Shown here: positions 1-9,514 of the stretch, in pieces
Layout of the letters: each line of letters starts with the position of its first letter
Position numbering within the stretch: the first letter of the stretch is position 1
From: Candidatus Iainarchaeum sp.
GTDB taxonomy: Archaea; Iainarchaeota; Iainarchaeia; Iainarchaeales; JAAZKV01
Length of the DNA: 64,000 nt
Assembly: GCA_026397015.1 (NCBI GenBank)
Contig: JAPLVR010000005.1
Location: 57,231 to 121,230 of the forward strand
Reading direction: 5' to 3'
Notes under the pieces: generated by a model
Seen by the model: the letters and a program-made list of their open reading frames with translations, nothing else
Database searches by the model: none
What the model was told of the DNA's origin: nothing
Translations under genes and position numbers: made by a program

Positions 1-132
1 CAGTCAATCCCGAGCCGGCAAATAGAATTGCCGGCGTAAGGGAGGTAGTTTATTTTGGCTGGCGGAATGGCCGCTGATTGCGGTCGAAACCATTAAATAC
101 TTGTTTTGGTCTATTTGTTATTAGCGGTTCTT

Positions 133-705
133 ATGACATTTGACAAGAAAATTGTTTTTGCTTTGGTTGCTGTTTTGGCTCTTTCTGTTTTTGTTTACGC
201 CACTGTTCAGGCGCCCGCTGCCGGAAGTTCTGTTGAGAAATGGTTTGCGTATTTGAATGCGCGGATTGTTGAACTTTCCACAAATGGTGGAAGCGTTGTC
301 CCCGTGGATTCTGGGGACAATTCTGCAGTTGTCATTCAAGTAAAATGCACTGGTTGGGATGGCAGCCAGAAGTTTTGCGGGACGACCAAGGACGTTGGTT
401 TAAAGGAACATAATGTTTGTTTTACCTGCAGTACCGAGTCAAGTTCCAGAAATATTTTAGCTTCGCTGGATGGGGTCAAACTGGATTGTAGCTGGGATCC
501 TCTTATCGATGGAATAAAGCCCTTTGATTTTACATCTGCACAGTGCAATGATGCATCAACCACTTTTGGGAATATGTTGCTTTATATTTCGCTAGTTGGA
601 AATCCGATAATCCATACAGTTGGTGAAGGGGATAGTGAGCAAATAAACGATGTTACTATGTCTATAAAGGCGGTTCATTATTCCTATTATAATCAAGGCG
701 ACTAG
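133..705 (+). CDS. Hypothetical secreted or membrane-anchored protein
   Basis: N-terminal KK plus hydrophobic helix, several Cys; ATG at 133 preferred over TTG at 106. Confidence 0.6.
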   Translation: MTFDKKIVFALVAVLALSVFVYATVQAPAAGSSVEKWFAYLNARIVELSTNGGSVVPVDSGDNSAVVIQVKCTGWDGSQKFCGTTKDVGLKEHNVCFTCSTESSSRNILASLDGVKLDCSWDPLIDGIKPFDFTSAQCNDASTTFGNMLLYISLVGNPIIHTVGEGDSEQINDVTMSIKAVHYSYYNQGD

Positions 706-915
706 AAGAGCGCCCGTAATGAGCCATTTTTGGCTCGTTTTTTGCCCAATCGCAACCTTTATAAACCTTGAACGCACCAATATATGCGCAAGATAACTTT
801 GATTAATTAAGAAGTTAATTAAGCCCCTTTGTGTGGGTTGGGGGCTTTTTTGGATTAACCAAGGGTTGTTTTTGTTGTTTGAATTGGTTTTTTTATTGTG
901 CGGGAAATGGGTTTT

Positions 916-1419
916 ATGGGTAAAAGATTTGCAGCGCTTGCGGTTTTGCTTTTCGCATTAATCCTTGCCGGCGGGGCGCACGCTTTCATCGTTAAAGTTC
1001 CAGGAGAAATCGAAGTCATCGATCAATCCGCAATAAAGATTGAAGTAATAAACGATTCAAGTGAAACGAAGGATTTGTTGGTTAATTTTTTCGCAGCCGG
1101 TTTGGCTTCAAATGAAGTCGAAATAAAGGCGCCTATCGAAGTTCAGGACAATTCAAACGGAATAGTTTATGTGAGGGTTTCAAATCCGTCAAATGATTCA
1201 AGAAGGGTGAGCGCAAGGCTTGAAGTTCACTTGGGAAACGATGTTGTGAAACGCGACATTATACTGATTTTCCCTGAAAAAGCGGTTGGTGAAAACGGCA
1301 CATTCACAGGTTTTTTCGGCCTCTGGGGCGGCGGATTTTTGAACGCAATTGCAACATTGCTTGCAACAATTTTTATTATTTTGCTTTTAGTTGCAATCGC
1401 GATAAAGGTGGCAGAGTAG
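916..1419 (+). CDS. Small surface protein (signal peptide, Ig-like domain, C-terminal TM)
   Basis: Signal peptide ending AHA, beta-rich middle, TGFFG then hydrophobic helix. Confidence 0.65.
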   Translation: MGKRFAALAVLLFALILAGGAHAFIVKVPGEIEVIDQSAIKIEVINDSSETKDLLVNFFAAGLASNEVEIKAPIEVQDNSNGIVYVRVSNPSNDSRRVSARLEVHLGNDVVKRDIILIFPEKAVGENGTFTGFFGLWGGGFLNAIATLLATIFIILLLVAIAIKVAE

Positions 1420-1467
1420 TTTTGGTAATAAAAGTTTTTGGTGTTGGAAAATAAAGGGGTTGTTTTT

Positions 1468-4209
1468 ATGGAAAGAAAAAGTTTTTTGAGGATTGGAGTT
1501 TTGCTTTTGGTTTTGATTATATTGCCCCTAATTGTGAATGGCTGGACTTGCGGGCCCACTTCACAAGGTTATAGTGGTTATTGTGACTGTTTTGCAGATG
1601 GATCCAATATAGGTGGGACGGCAAGGTCAGATAGGGTCGTTTGGCCATCTGCAATAAATCAAAAATGCACATATTTTGGTGTTACAGCGGGATCCGCAAA
1701 ATGCTTGCTCGCGCTGCCTAGTGCTGTACAATCCGCGGCTAAGACTTATTTTGGCCTTACTACATTGTGTGGATATGGACTTGGCTGTGATACCCCTGAT
1801 GTGGGTGAAGGCCCTCCATCCTACCTCTGCACAAATAGAACATATAATGCCGCATGCGGGTATATTGGGTATCCTAGTATTTGTTGCCAGCCTGGATCTA
1901 TCGGTACACAATCGTGTGGGAATTGGAACACTGGTACTCAATCAAGAACATGCAGTTCTGATGGGGCCGGTTGGGGTGATTGGGGTCCCTGCCTGAATCA
2001 GGGTGTTTGCACTCCTGGCAGTGCTGAGACGAGGAATTGTTCAGTAGGAATCGGAATCCAGTCAAGAATATGTAATTCTTCTTACCAGTGGGGTTCATGG
2101 ACAGGAAATTGCACTCAACCGGTTTGCACTCCCGGCGCTGTTGAAAATAGGAATTGTCCAGTTGGAGTAGGCACTCAATCAAGAACATGTAATTCTTCTC
2201 ATCAATGGGGTTCATGGGTAGGTTATTGTAATACTGATATTTGTGTTTCGGGGCAGATACAGACAGTTGCCTGCGATAATGGCAGTTCAAAATCTAGAAC
2301 TTGCCAGTCAAACGGGCAGTGGGGGGTATTTGGGGATTGCACGGGCGGAGCGGTTACTCTTGTTCCTGAAGTGAACAATATTTGTCTTCCTCGGAAAGAC
2401 AGCTACGGAATTGAATTAAAATTGGGCAACGACAGCGGCGAAAGGAAATGCTACGATTTCGAGGCCGAAACAGAGCCCTACCTTGACGCTACGCTTTCTC
2501 CAAATGAAACCGTTTGTGTTAATAACCATGAAACAAGAACAATGACTCTCTCAATAAACACATGGGATGCGGATGAAGACGATTACAACATTTCGGTTTT
2601 CGCCGAGGGCGATTCAAGCTTGTCTCTTCATTTTGATGTAAGGGTCGGCGACTGCGAGGACGGAAACTTTGATTTAACCTGGAATTCAAGAAACCTTTGC
2701 AGGGGCGAAAAGGAAACAGTAAGGGCAACGGTTGAAAACAACTCAAACTTTTCAAGAGTTGTAAAGCTTTATGCCGAAAACGAAATGATGCTCCCTTACT
2801 TTTCAAGAGAAACAGTTACCGTTCCTGCAAACGGAGAAAAGGAAGTTGATTTGATACTTAATGCAAGGTTTGCGCCTCTCGGAAAAAAAACTATTTTCCT
2901 GCGCGCGACTTCTGGGAATGTTCACATAGAAAAATCCTGGGACACGGAAGTGGTTGACTGTTCCGGCATCACAAGAAAAACTTTTTTTGTGGAAGCCCCT
3001 TTTGGATGTTTTGACGTGCAGAAGGGAAATGATTTCAGCAGCCGCTTTGCAGTAAGGAAAACCTCCGAAAATTGCAGCGAAAGGCAGCAGCTTTTCTTTT
3101 ATCTAACAGGAATGGGCAATGTGCTTTCCGCAAATGCCGCGTGGTTCGGCTGCGGTGAATCAAAAACAATTGATTTCAAAATAAGCGTTCCGGTTGATGC
3201 TGAAGCCGGCAAACAATATCTCGTTGCAAAGGCAACCGACGGAACCTTTTCGGACGAAAAACAGATTTGCATAAATGTTGTCGGTGCGAGCAATGCCGAG
3301 CTTTTGCTTAAGGAAGATTCGAAGAATGTTGTTAAGGGCTTTTCAGGAATATTCGAATTGGAAGCGAGAAATACCGGCGATTTCAACGAAACGTTTTCGC
3401 TTGAATTGCTTGAAATTCCAAGCCAGGTAAGTGCAGTCCTTTCGGAAACGAATTTTTCCCTTTTGAGGGGAAATTCAAAAGCAATTTATCTTACGATAAC
3501 TCCGAGCGATTCGGTTTTCCTCGGCCTTCACAAGCTTAAAGTGAAACTGAAGACGCCGGTTGCAAAAATTATCGAAGTTCATTTTAACGTGGTTGAGCGC
3601 GCCTCGCTGCAGGAGCTTGAAATATTAAGCTACTCGCAGGAGCTCTCCCTTGAATCTTTCGGAAGCGCAAGATATGAATTGATTCTCAGAAACAATTCTG
3701 CGGGCACATTGCGCGATATAAATATTTCTTTTGAAAATGTTCCGCGCGACATAAACATTAACGGGGCATTGATTTCAGAGCTTCCAAGCGGCCGGCTGGC
3801 GGATGCGGCAGGAATCGTAAAAGCGGGCGATATTAACGGAAGCTTCGAAGTAAACGTGGTTGCAAAAACAGGCAACCTCATTGTCAGAAAGAAAATTCTT
3901 CTTTCAATAAAGCCGGTTGAGAGGATCGAGCAAGTCGTGCAGGATCAGAATCGAGACACTTGGCAAAACCCTTTGGCGGGCCTCTTTACTCTTAGCTTTT
4001 TGGGTGACAACGCAGGGCCTTTCGCAGGCGTTTTCATAATCCTGCTTTTGATTTTAATAATTATTTTGGGCATTGCGCTTTTCCTTGACACGCAGGTTTA
4101 TGCACAGCAGGAAATTTTTATGCTCGCATTCGAAGAGCCGAGCGCCAACGCCAAAAGGAACAACTCAAATTCGGGGAGAAACCAGCCCTGGGTTGATAAC
4201 ACCAACTAA
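1468..4209 (+). CDS. Large Cys-rich surface protein or adhesin with TSP1-like repeats, Ig-like domains and C-terminal TM
   Basis: Signal peptide; four Cys/Trp repeats (QSRxC...WGxW); Ig/NEW3-like NTGD motifs; TM helix near C-terminus. Confidence 0.75.
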   Translation: MERKSFLRIGVLLLVLIILPLIVNGWTCGPTSQGYSGYCDCFADGSNIGGTARSDRVVWPSAINQKCTYFGVTAGSAKCLLALPSAVQSAAKTYFGLTTLCGYGLGCDTPDVGEGPPSYLCTNRTYNAACGYIGYPSICCQPGSIGTQSCGNWNTGTQSRTCSSDGAGWGDWGPCLNQGVCTPGSAETRNCSVGIGIQSRICNSSYQWGSWTGNCTQPVCTPGAVENRNCPVGVGTQSRTCNSSHQWGSWVGYCNTDICVSGQIQTVACDNGSSKSRTCQSNGQWGVFGDCTGGAVTLVPEVNNICLPRKDSYGIELKLGNDSGERKCYDFEAETEPYLDATLSPNETVCVNNHETRTMTLSINTWDADEDDYNISVFAEGDSSLSLHFDVRVGDCEDGNFDLTWNSRNLCRGEKETVRATVENNSNFSRVVKLYAENEMMLPYFSRETVTVPANGEKEVDLILNARFAPLGKKTIFLRATSGNVHIEKSWDTEVVDCSGITRKTFFVEAPFGCFDVQKGNDFSSRFAVRKTSENCSERQQLFFYLTGMGNVLSANAAWFGCGESKTIDFKISVPVDAEAGKQYLVAKATDGTFSDEKQICINVVGASNAELLLKEDSKNVVKGFSGIFELEARNTGDFNETFSLELLEIPSQVSAVLSETNFSLLRGNSKAIYLTITPSDSVFLGLHKLKVKLKTPVAKIIEVHFNVVERASLQELEILSYSQELSLESFGSARYELILRNNSAGTLRDINISFENVPRDININGALISELPSGRLADAAGIVKAGDINGSFEVNVVAKTGNLIVRKKILLSIKPVERIEQVVQDQNRDTWQNPLAGLFTLSFLGDNAGPFAGVFIILLLILIIILGIALFLDTQVYAQQEIFMLAFEEPSANAKRNNSNSGRNQPWVDNTN
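1882..2343 (+). repeat. Intragenic repeats of about 117 bp (39 aa), four units
   Basis: gtttgcactcc...tggggttcatgg begins at both 2005 and 2122; two more divergent units flank them. Confidence 0.85.
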
Positions 4210-4299
4210 TTCGGTGGTTTTTCTGCCAAAGGCACTTTTTTAATACTTTTTTTCTCTTTCTTTTTTATTCCTTTTTTGGTTTTGGCGGGCGGTGCAAAC

Positions 4300-4752
4300 A
4301 TGCTTGAAGATTTCCTTGAACAAAATTGTCTCGACGCAGAATTTTTTTCCTTTGAAGACGGCGTTTCTTTCAAAAAGGCTCTTTTTGAAATGCACACTCC
4401 TGCCTCGTCGGCGGTAAAAATAGAATTTTTTCTCGCAAATTCGGGCGAAGGGCTCCTGCTAATTTTTCCGCACAATTCAAAACCGGATCTTCAAAAGATT
4501 AAGAGGATTGCGGGTTGCGAAAGCATTAGCCATGCCAGTGCGGATGAAACGCTCGAATTTGCCGGTTATGAAAAAGGTTTTCTTCCGCCGGTTTCGATTT
4601 ACGGCGTGAAAGTTTTTTTGGAAAAATCCCTTCAGGGGAAAGAATTCCTGTTCTGCAAAGTGGGCGAAAACGATTACCTGAAGATTTCTCCCGATTCTGT
4701 GGCCGAGGCAAATGAAGACATAAAAATAGAATCTTTTTCAAAGCCCGTGTAA
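4300..4752 (+). CDS. YbaK/aminoacyl-tRNA deacylase family protein
   Basis: GYEKGFLPPVS motif (G-Y-x-x-G-x-x-P-P), size about 150 aa. Confidence 0.75.
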   Translation: MLEDFLEQNCLDAEFFSFEDGVSFKKALFEMHTPASSAVKIEFFLANSGEGLLLIFPHNSKPDLQKIKRIAGCESISHASADETLEFAGYEKGFLPPVSIYGVKVFLEKSLQGKEFLFCKVGENDYLKISPDSVAEANEDIKIESFSKPV

Positions 4753-4790
4753 AACCCTGCTTCAAAAAATTATCCAAAGGCGCCCAAAAA

Positions 4791-6011
4791 TTATCCGAAA
4801 GTGCCCAATATTTCTTTTATCGTTTTCGAAAGCAGCTTTATTTCCTCTTCAGTGTTGTAAAAATAGAAGCTCGCCCTCGCCAGTCCCTCGCTGTTGAGCG
4901 ATGACACAATTGGTTCCGCGCAGTGCATTCCGCTCCTTACACAGATGTTTTCCATCTCGCTCAGCGCCAAAGCCAAATCGTGGGGCGAAACCCTGCTCGA
5001 ATTGAAAAGCACGATTGCGCCCTGCTTCCCTTCATCTTTCGGGCAATAAAGTTTAATCGATTCAACCGCTTCCAGCTCTTCAAGCGCAATTTTTGTGAGG
5101 CCCTTCTCCCTCTTTTCAATTTTCCTCATCCCGATTTTTTTCAGGTAATCAATCGCCGCTCCGAAACCGTACGCCCCCCCTATATTAGGGGTGCCCGCTT
5201 CGAATTTGTAGGGCAGTTCATTCCAGCTCGCCTCGTGCCACGAAACGCTGTGTATCATGTCCCCCCCATACATAAAAGGTTCCAGTTCTTTCAGCAGCTT
5301 TTCCTTCGCCACCAGCGCCCCGATTCCGGTCGGCCCGAGCATTTTATGCGCCGAGAATGCCAAGAAGTCCGCCTTCATCGCTCCGAAATTCACTTCCTTG
5401 TGCGGAACCAGTTGCGCCCCGTCAATGCAAAGCAGCGCGCCCTCTTTGTGCGCCTTTTTTTCAATTTCCCTTATGTCCGGGAATGTTGCGACAGTGTTGC
5501 TCGCCCCGGTTACCGAAACCAGTTTTGCCCCCCTGACTTTTTCCTCAAAATCTTTCATGTCAATTTCATAATTTTCGTCCAACCTGGCATACTCAAGCTT
5601 AACGCCAATTTTCTTTTCCAGAAATTGCCACGGCACGATGTTGCTGTGGTGCTCCATTTTTGAAACAACTATTTTGTCGCCGCGCTTGAAATAATTCGAA
5701 TTCATCAGGGAATACATCACGAGGTTCATTCCTTCTGTAGTGTTTTTTGTGAAAATTGTTTCGTTCTTCCTTGCGCCCACGAATTGTGCGACCTTTTTGT
5801 GCGCTTCCTCATATGCTCTTGTCGCCTCCTCGCTCAACTTGTGCAGACCCCGGTGAATGTTCGCGCCAACATTCGAGTAATAATAATCCACCGCTTCAAT
5901 TACTTGTTTCGGCTTCAATGATGTCGCCGCATTGTCCAGGTAAACGATTTTTTTGCCGTTGATTTTTCTTTTGAGGAGCGGGAAATCTTCCCTTATTTTT
6001 TCAACATTCAT
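4791..6011 (-). CDS. sufS: Cysteine desulfurase, SufS type
   Basis: YLDNAATS, MEHHSN, SAHKMLGPTG (PLP Lys), RSGMHCA. Confidence 0.95.
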   Translation of the reverse strand: MNVEKIREDFPLLKRKINGKKIVYLDNAATSLKPKQVIEAVDYYYSNVGANIHRGLHKLSEEATRAYEEAHKKVAQFVGARKNETIFTKNTTEGMNLVMYSLMNSNYFKRGDKIVVSKMEHHSNIVPWQFLEKKIGVKLEYARLDENYEIDMKDFEEKVRGAKLVSVTGASNTVATFPDIREIEKKAHKEGALLCIDGAQLVPHKEVNFGAMKADFLAFSAHKMLGPTGIGALVAKEKLLKELEPFMYGGDMIHSVSWHEASWNELPYKFEAGTPNIGGAYGFGAAIDYLKKIGMRKIEKREKGLTKIALEELEAVESIKLYCPKDEGKQGAIVLFNSSRVSPHDLALALSEMENICVRSGMHCAEPIVSSLNSEGLARASFYFYNTEEEIKLLSKTIKEILGTFG

Positions 6012-6064
6012 AGCATAAAATGTGGGCAATAGAGCTTTAAAATCTTAATCACTCATTTTTATTT

Positions 6065-6736
6065 ATGCTTTTTGATTTGCACCTGCATTCGCGGTACAGC
6101 TTGGATGCGCTTACCAAGCCCGAAACCATAATAAGGATTTGCAAAAAAAACGGCTGGGGGGTTTCAATTACCGACCACTGTTCGATGGATTCCTATGAAG
6201 GTGCCGGCGGTGCCGCAAAAACCGCAAAAAAGAAAGGGGTTTTTCTCATTCCTGGGGAAGAAATACTTGTCTTTGAAGATGGAAAGATTAAGGGTGAAGT
6301 AATCGCTTATTTTTTGAATTCTCCAATCGAATCGAAAAGCTTTGCCGAAATCGTTGATGATGTGAAATCGCAGGGCGCACTGCTCTCATGCCCCCACCCA
6401 TTTGACTGGCCGAGGCGCAATTTCAAGGAGTTCCCGAAACACTGGAAAAAATTCGCCTGCATGGAAACCTTCAATGCCCGTGCCTACTATAATCATTTAA
6501 ATAAAAAATCCGAGGAATTCGCCGAAGGAAAAAAAATTGCGCAGCTTGGCGTAAGCGACGCGCACATCCCCGAAGAAATAGGCAACGGCCTCACTGAAAT
6601 GAACGCCGGAACGGAAAACGAGTTCAGGAAAGAATTAAAAAAGCAAAGAACCAAGGTAATTGTTAATGATTTTGCAACAGTGTGGCACCATTTCCAGACG
6701 CAGTTGGCGAGAAGAAAAATTGTTTCGCCAAGGTGA
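6065..6736 (+). CDS. PHP-domain phosphoesterase
   Basis: DLHLHS, ITDH, PGEE, HPF, SDAH. Confidence 0.9.
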   Translation: MLFDLHLHSRYSLDALTKPETIIRICKKNGWGVSITDHCSMDSYEGAGGAAKTAKKKGVFLIPGEEILVFEDGKIKGEVIAYFLNSPIESKSFAEIVDDVKSQGALLSCPHPFDWPRRNFKEFPKHWKKFACMETFNARAYYNHLNKKSEEFAEGKKIAQLGVSDAHIPEEIGNGLTEMNAGTENEFRKELKKQRTKVIVNDFATVWHHFQTQLARRKIVSPR

Positions 6737-6769
6737 AAATAAAAATTAAATTTAATTGGCGGATAAAAG

Positions 6770-7399
6770 ATGATTTCAAGGTTGAGGCCGAAAATGGGTT
6801 TTCTTCAAAATGTTCTTGCGGCGCCTTTTATTTTTCTCGGAATCGACCCTAATTTGATTTCTGTGTTCGGTTTGGTGTTTGCCGTTATCGGCGCTTATTT
6901 TGTTTATTCCCAGCAGTGGCTTTTCGCCCTTGTTTTTTTCATTCTTGCCCCTTCGATTGATTTGATTGACGGAACAGTTGCGCGTGCGCTGAGAAAAGCC
7001 TCCCCGTGGGGGAATTATTTCGAAACGATGCTCGACCGTTTTGTTGAGTTCGTTCTTCTCGGTTCGTTCGTTTTCATTTTTCCTCTCGCCTCTCTTCTCG
7101 CTCTCGGTTTTTCCATGCTTGTGAGCTACGCCAAGCCGCGTGTCGGCCTCATAATTATTACCGATAACCGCGATTGGCCCGGTGTCGGAGACCACGCGGA
7201 CAAATTGTTATTGATGATGTTCGGTCTGGTTTGTGCTTCTTTTGGTTTCGTTTTTGTGATTGAGTATGTGCTTTACATTATTGCAACAGTTTCGCTTGTA
7301 GGTGTCGTTCAAAGAATGGCTTATGCGAATAAATTGATTAAAGAAGCTGAAAAAAAAGGAACGCTTCTTCCTTACATAAAGAAGGGAAAATCACGTTAA
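6770..7399 (+). CDS. CDP-alcohol phosphatidyltransferase (archaetidylinositol-phosphate synthase-like)
   Basis: DxxDGxxAR...G...DR motif, SYAKPR, multiple TM helices. Confidence 0.9.
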   Translation: MISRLRPKMGFLQNVLAAPFIFLGIDPNLISVFGLVFAVIGAYFVYSQQWLFALVFFILAPSIDLIDGTVARALRKASPWGNYFETMLDRFVEFVLLGSFVFIFPLASLLALGFSMLVSYAKPRVGLIIITDNRDWPGVGDHADKLLLMMFGLVCASFGFVFVIEYVLYIIATVSLVGVVQRMAYANKLIKEAEKKGTLLPYIKKGKSR

Positions 7400-7447
7400 A
7401 GATTGAAAAGTGTTGTTTATGTTTGTTTGTTTTTTGGAGTGGTAAAA

Positions 7448-7774
7448 ATGGAGTTGTCTTTTGGCGATTGGCAGAATGTTGATTTGCGCGTCGGCCTCAT
7501 TGAGAAAGCCGAACACATAGAGGGAAAATCCAAGCTCTATAAGCTTACCGTGAGTTTCGGCGCGGAAAAAAGAACTGCAGTCGCGGGAATAAAGCCCTAT
7601 TATTCGATTGAAGGGCTTGAAGGAAAAAAAGCGGTTTTTGTTTTCAATTTGGCGCCCGCAACAATCGCCGGTTTGCAAAGCACCGCAATGATTCTCGCGG
7701 TTCAAACCGCCGACAAAACCTACAAAGCAATTTTTGTTGATGATGCGGTAAAAGAAGGAGCCCGATTGGAATAA
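7448..7774 (+). CDS. Stand-alone tRNA-binding OB domain (Trbp111/CsaA/MetRS C-terminal like)
   Basis: DLRVG, KLYKL, RTAVAGI, NLAP, S.AMIL. Confidence 0.9.
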   Translation: MELSFGDWQNVDLRVGLIEKAEHIEGKSKLYKLTVSFGAEKRTAVAGIKPYYSIEGLEGKKAVFVFNLAPATIAGLQSTAMILAVQTADKTYKAIFVDDAVKEGARLE

Positions 7775-7819
7775 TCGCGTGTAGTGCCCACGTTTTTTTG
7801 AATAACTTTTTTTATTGCC

Positions 7820-8974
7820 TTATGCAAGAATCGAAACCAGATACGGGAGCGCTACTAATGTTCCGATTGTCGCTCCAAGGTTTGTAAGCGCCGCAACTAT
7901 GAGCAGGTGCGTAACTTTGTTTTTGTAAAATCCGCTTATTGAAGAGATGTTTGAAAGATTTTCAAAGTCAATCACTTTTGGCGGATTGAATCTTGTTTCC
8001 GCCAGCGCACTAAACCAGCCCGCGGCAAGAAGCGGATGGAGGGTAGTAAACGGCGCCGCCAAAAAGGCGGTTATTATTGAGAGCGGATGCGCCCTTGCAA
8101 GCAGCGCCCCTATTGCAGAGCATCCGCCTGTAACAAGAAACCATGCTGCCAAAACGCTTACCGTTGTTTCAATTCCCTTCACCCAGAATGCGTATGCGAC
8201 CATCGAGATAAACAAAAACGGAATTAGGTATCCTATAATTGCGAAATAGTTTGTCTTTTTCGGCGTGGTTTCAAGCTCAGTAAGATTTACCTTTTTGTCC
8301 TCCAAAATCGTTTCTTTTATCCCTTTCAGATGCCCTGCCCCCACAACTGCAACAATTTTTTTTGCAGGGCTTCTCTTTATCATTTCAGCGATATACAAGT
8401 CCCTTTCATCAACCAGCACGTGTTTTATCGAAGGCAGCTGCCCCCCGAGTTCCTTCATTAATTTATTCATCACGTCTTCCTGTTTCAATTCCTCTATTTT
8501 TTCGGCCGTTATTTTTTCTCCATAACCAAACATTCCCGCAATTATGGAATAGCCGAGCTTCAATTTTTCGATAAGTTTCATTCCGTCAAAAGCCCTTTTC
8601 AGCGTTATCCTAACATCCCTGTCAAGCAGCTGTATAGGGATTTTTTTTTCCTGCGCTTTTCTCACGGCCACAAGCATTTCCGCGCCGGGCTTCACCCCTA
8701 CCTTAATTCCGAGCTGCTTCTGTATGTTCGAGAGCAAAACATTCAGCAAAAAAAGATGTGTTTTTCCGCTTTTTACCACTTCAACAATGTTCATTTGCTC
8801 CCATTTCTGCCCGGAAAGCAGTTGTTGTATCCTTTCCTTGTCGAGTTCAATCCCTATTATGTCCGGATTTTCCTTGTCAATGGTTTCCTCGACAAGTTTT
8901 ATCGATTCCTTTGAAATGTGCGCAGTTCCAACAAGTATTATTTCCCTGTCTTTCAGTTTTATTCTCTCAATCAT
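7820..8974 (-). CDS. TraB/PrgY family protein
   Basis: GTAHIS, ELDxxR, PGAEM, DERD, VGAGH, C-terminal TMs. Confidence 0.9.
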   Translation of the reverse strand: MIERIKLKDREIILVGTAHISKESIKLVEETIDKENPDIIGIELDKERIQQLLSGQKWEQMNIVEVVKSGKTHLFLLNVLLSNIQKQLGIKVGVKPGAEMLVAVRKAQEKKIPIQLLDRDVRITLKRAFDGMKLIEKLKLGYSIIAGMFGYGEKITAEKIEELKQEDVMNKLMKELGGQLPSIKHVLVDERDLYIAEMIKRSPAKKIVAVVGAGHLKGIKETILEDKKVNLTELETTPKKTNYFAIIGYLIPFLFISMVAYAFWVKGIETTVSVLAAWFLVTGGCSAIGALLARAHPLSIITAFLAAPFTTLHPLLAAGWFSALAETRFNPPKVIDFENLSNISSISGFYKNKVTHLLIVAALTNLGATIGTLVALPYLVSILA

Positions 8975-9006
8975 CGAATAATAAAAAACATGCAACTCTT
9001 TTTAAA

Positions 9007-9099
9007 TCATCTAATTTTTTTGAGCCACCCCGCCACAAGCGGGTTCAGCATTTTGTAGATTTCCTCGTTGCTGTGCTTTTCTTCTGACAAAGTATAATA
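9007..9099 (-). pseudogene. Possible remnant of an archaeal Lhr helicase N-terminus
   Basis: Reads YYTLSEEKHSNEEIYKMLNPLVAGWLKKIR* with no in-frame ATG upstream of the motif; resembles the Lhr N-terminal EEI..L.P.V..WF.. pattern as I recall it. Confidence 0.4.
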
Positions 9100-9181
9100 A
9101 GGAAGCTTCTTTGAAGAAGGATTAAAAATCAGTCCGCGCGGCTCAAAGCATTTGCGGGAATTCGCGCGCAATAAGACTTTT

Positions 9182-9343
9182 TCAGTTATTGCGGCTGTTT
9201 AATATTATGAGCGCAATTCCCGCTATTACGAAAATTATCCATGCCTGGGGAAAACTCTTTACCGGCTCCGGCAAAAGGCTCGATATTGTCGGGCCTATTC
9301 CAAGTCCGATTAAGAATAATCCCGTTTGTAGTTTAACCGTCAT
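9182..9343 (-). CDS. 53-aa two-helix membrane protein (not in ORF track)
   Basis: MTVKLQTGLFLIGLGIGPTISSLLPEPVKSFPQAWIIFVIAGIALIILNSRNN*; TATA-like TTTTATA upstream. Confidence 0.55.
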   Translation of the reverse strand: MTVKLQTGLFLIGLGIGPTISSLLPEPVKSFPQAWIIFVIAGIALIILNSRNN

Positions 9344-9514
9344 GCCACAATAAACGCAAAAGTAGTATAAAAGCTTGTTGGCTTTAAAAATTTTCCCGAA
9401 TTTTTCCGGTTTGATTTTATTTTTTTCCGCAAAGGCACTCTTTTAAACACTCTTTTTTTATGATTCAATTAGCAGCATCATGGAGTGATGTTTTTTATTC
9501 TTTGGAGTGGTTGA

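Noticed and set aside
1-90. GC-rich hairpins (gccggcaa/ttgccggc, ggccgc/gcggtc) as a possible rRNA, RNase P or SRP RNA end
   Set aside because: Truncated by the window edge and no diagnostic conserved motif matched
1882-2343. DGR template/variable repeat pair
   Set aside because: Differences are not confined to adenines, both copies are in-frame domains, and no reverse transcriptase is present
4923-5663. Long antisense and alternative-frame ORFs (also 46322-47140, 25444-26004, 12517-12975)
   Set aside because: They shadow well-supported genes and have no motifs of their own
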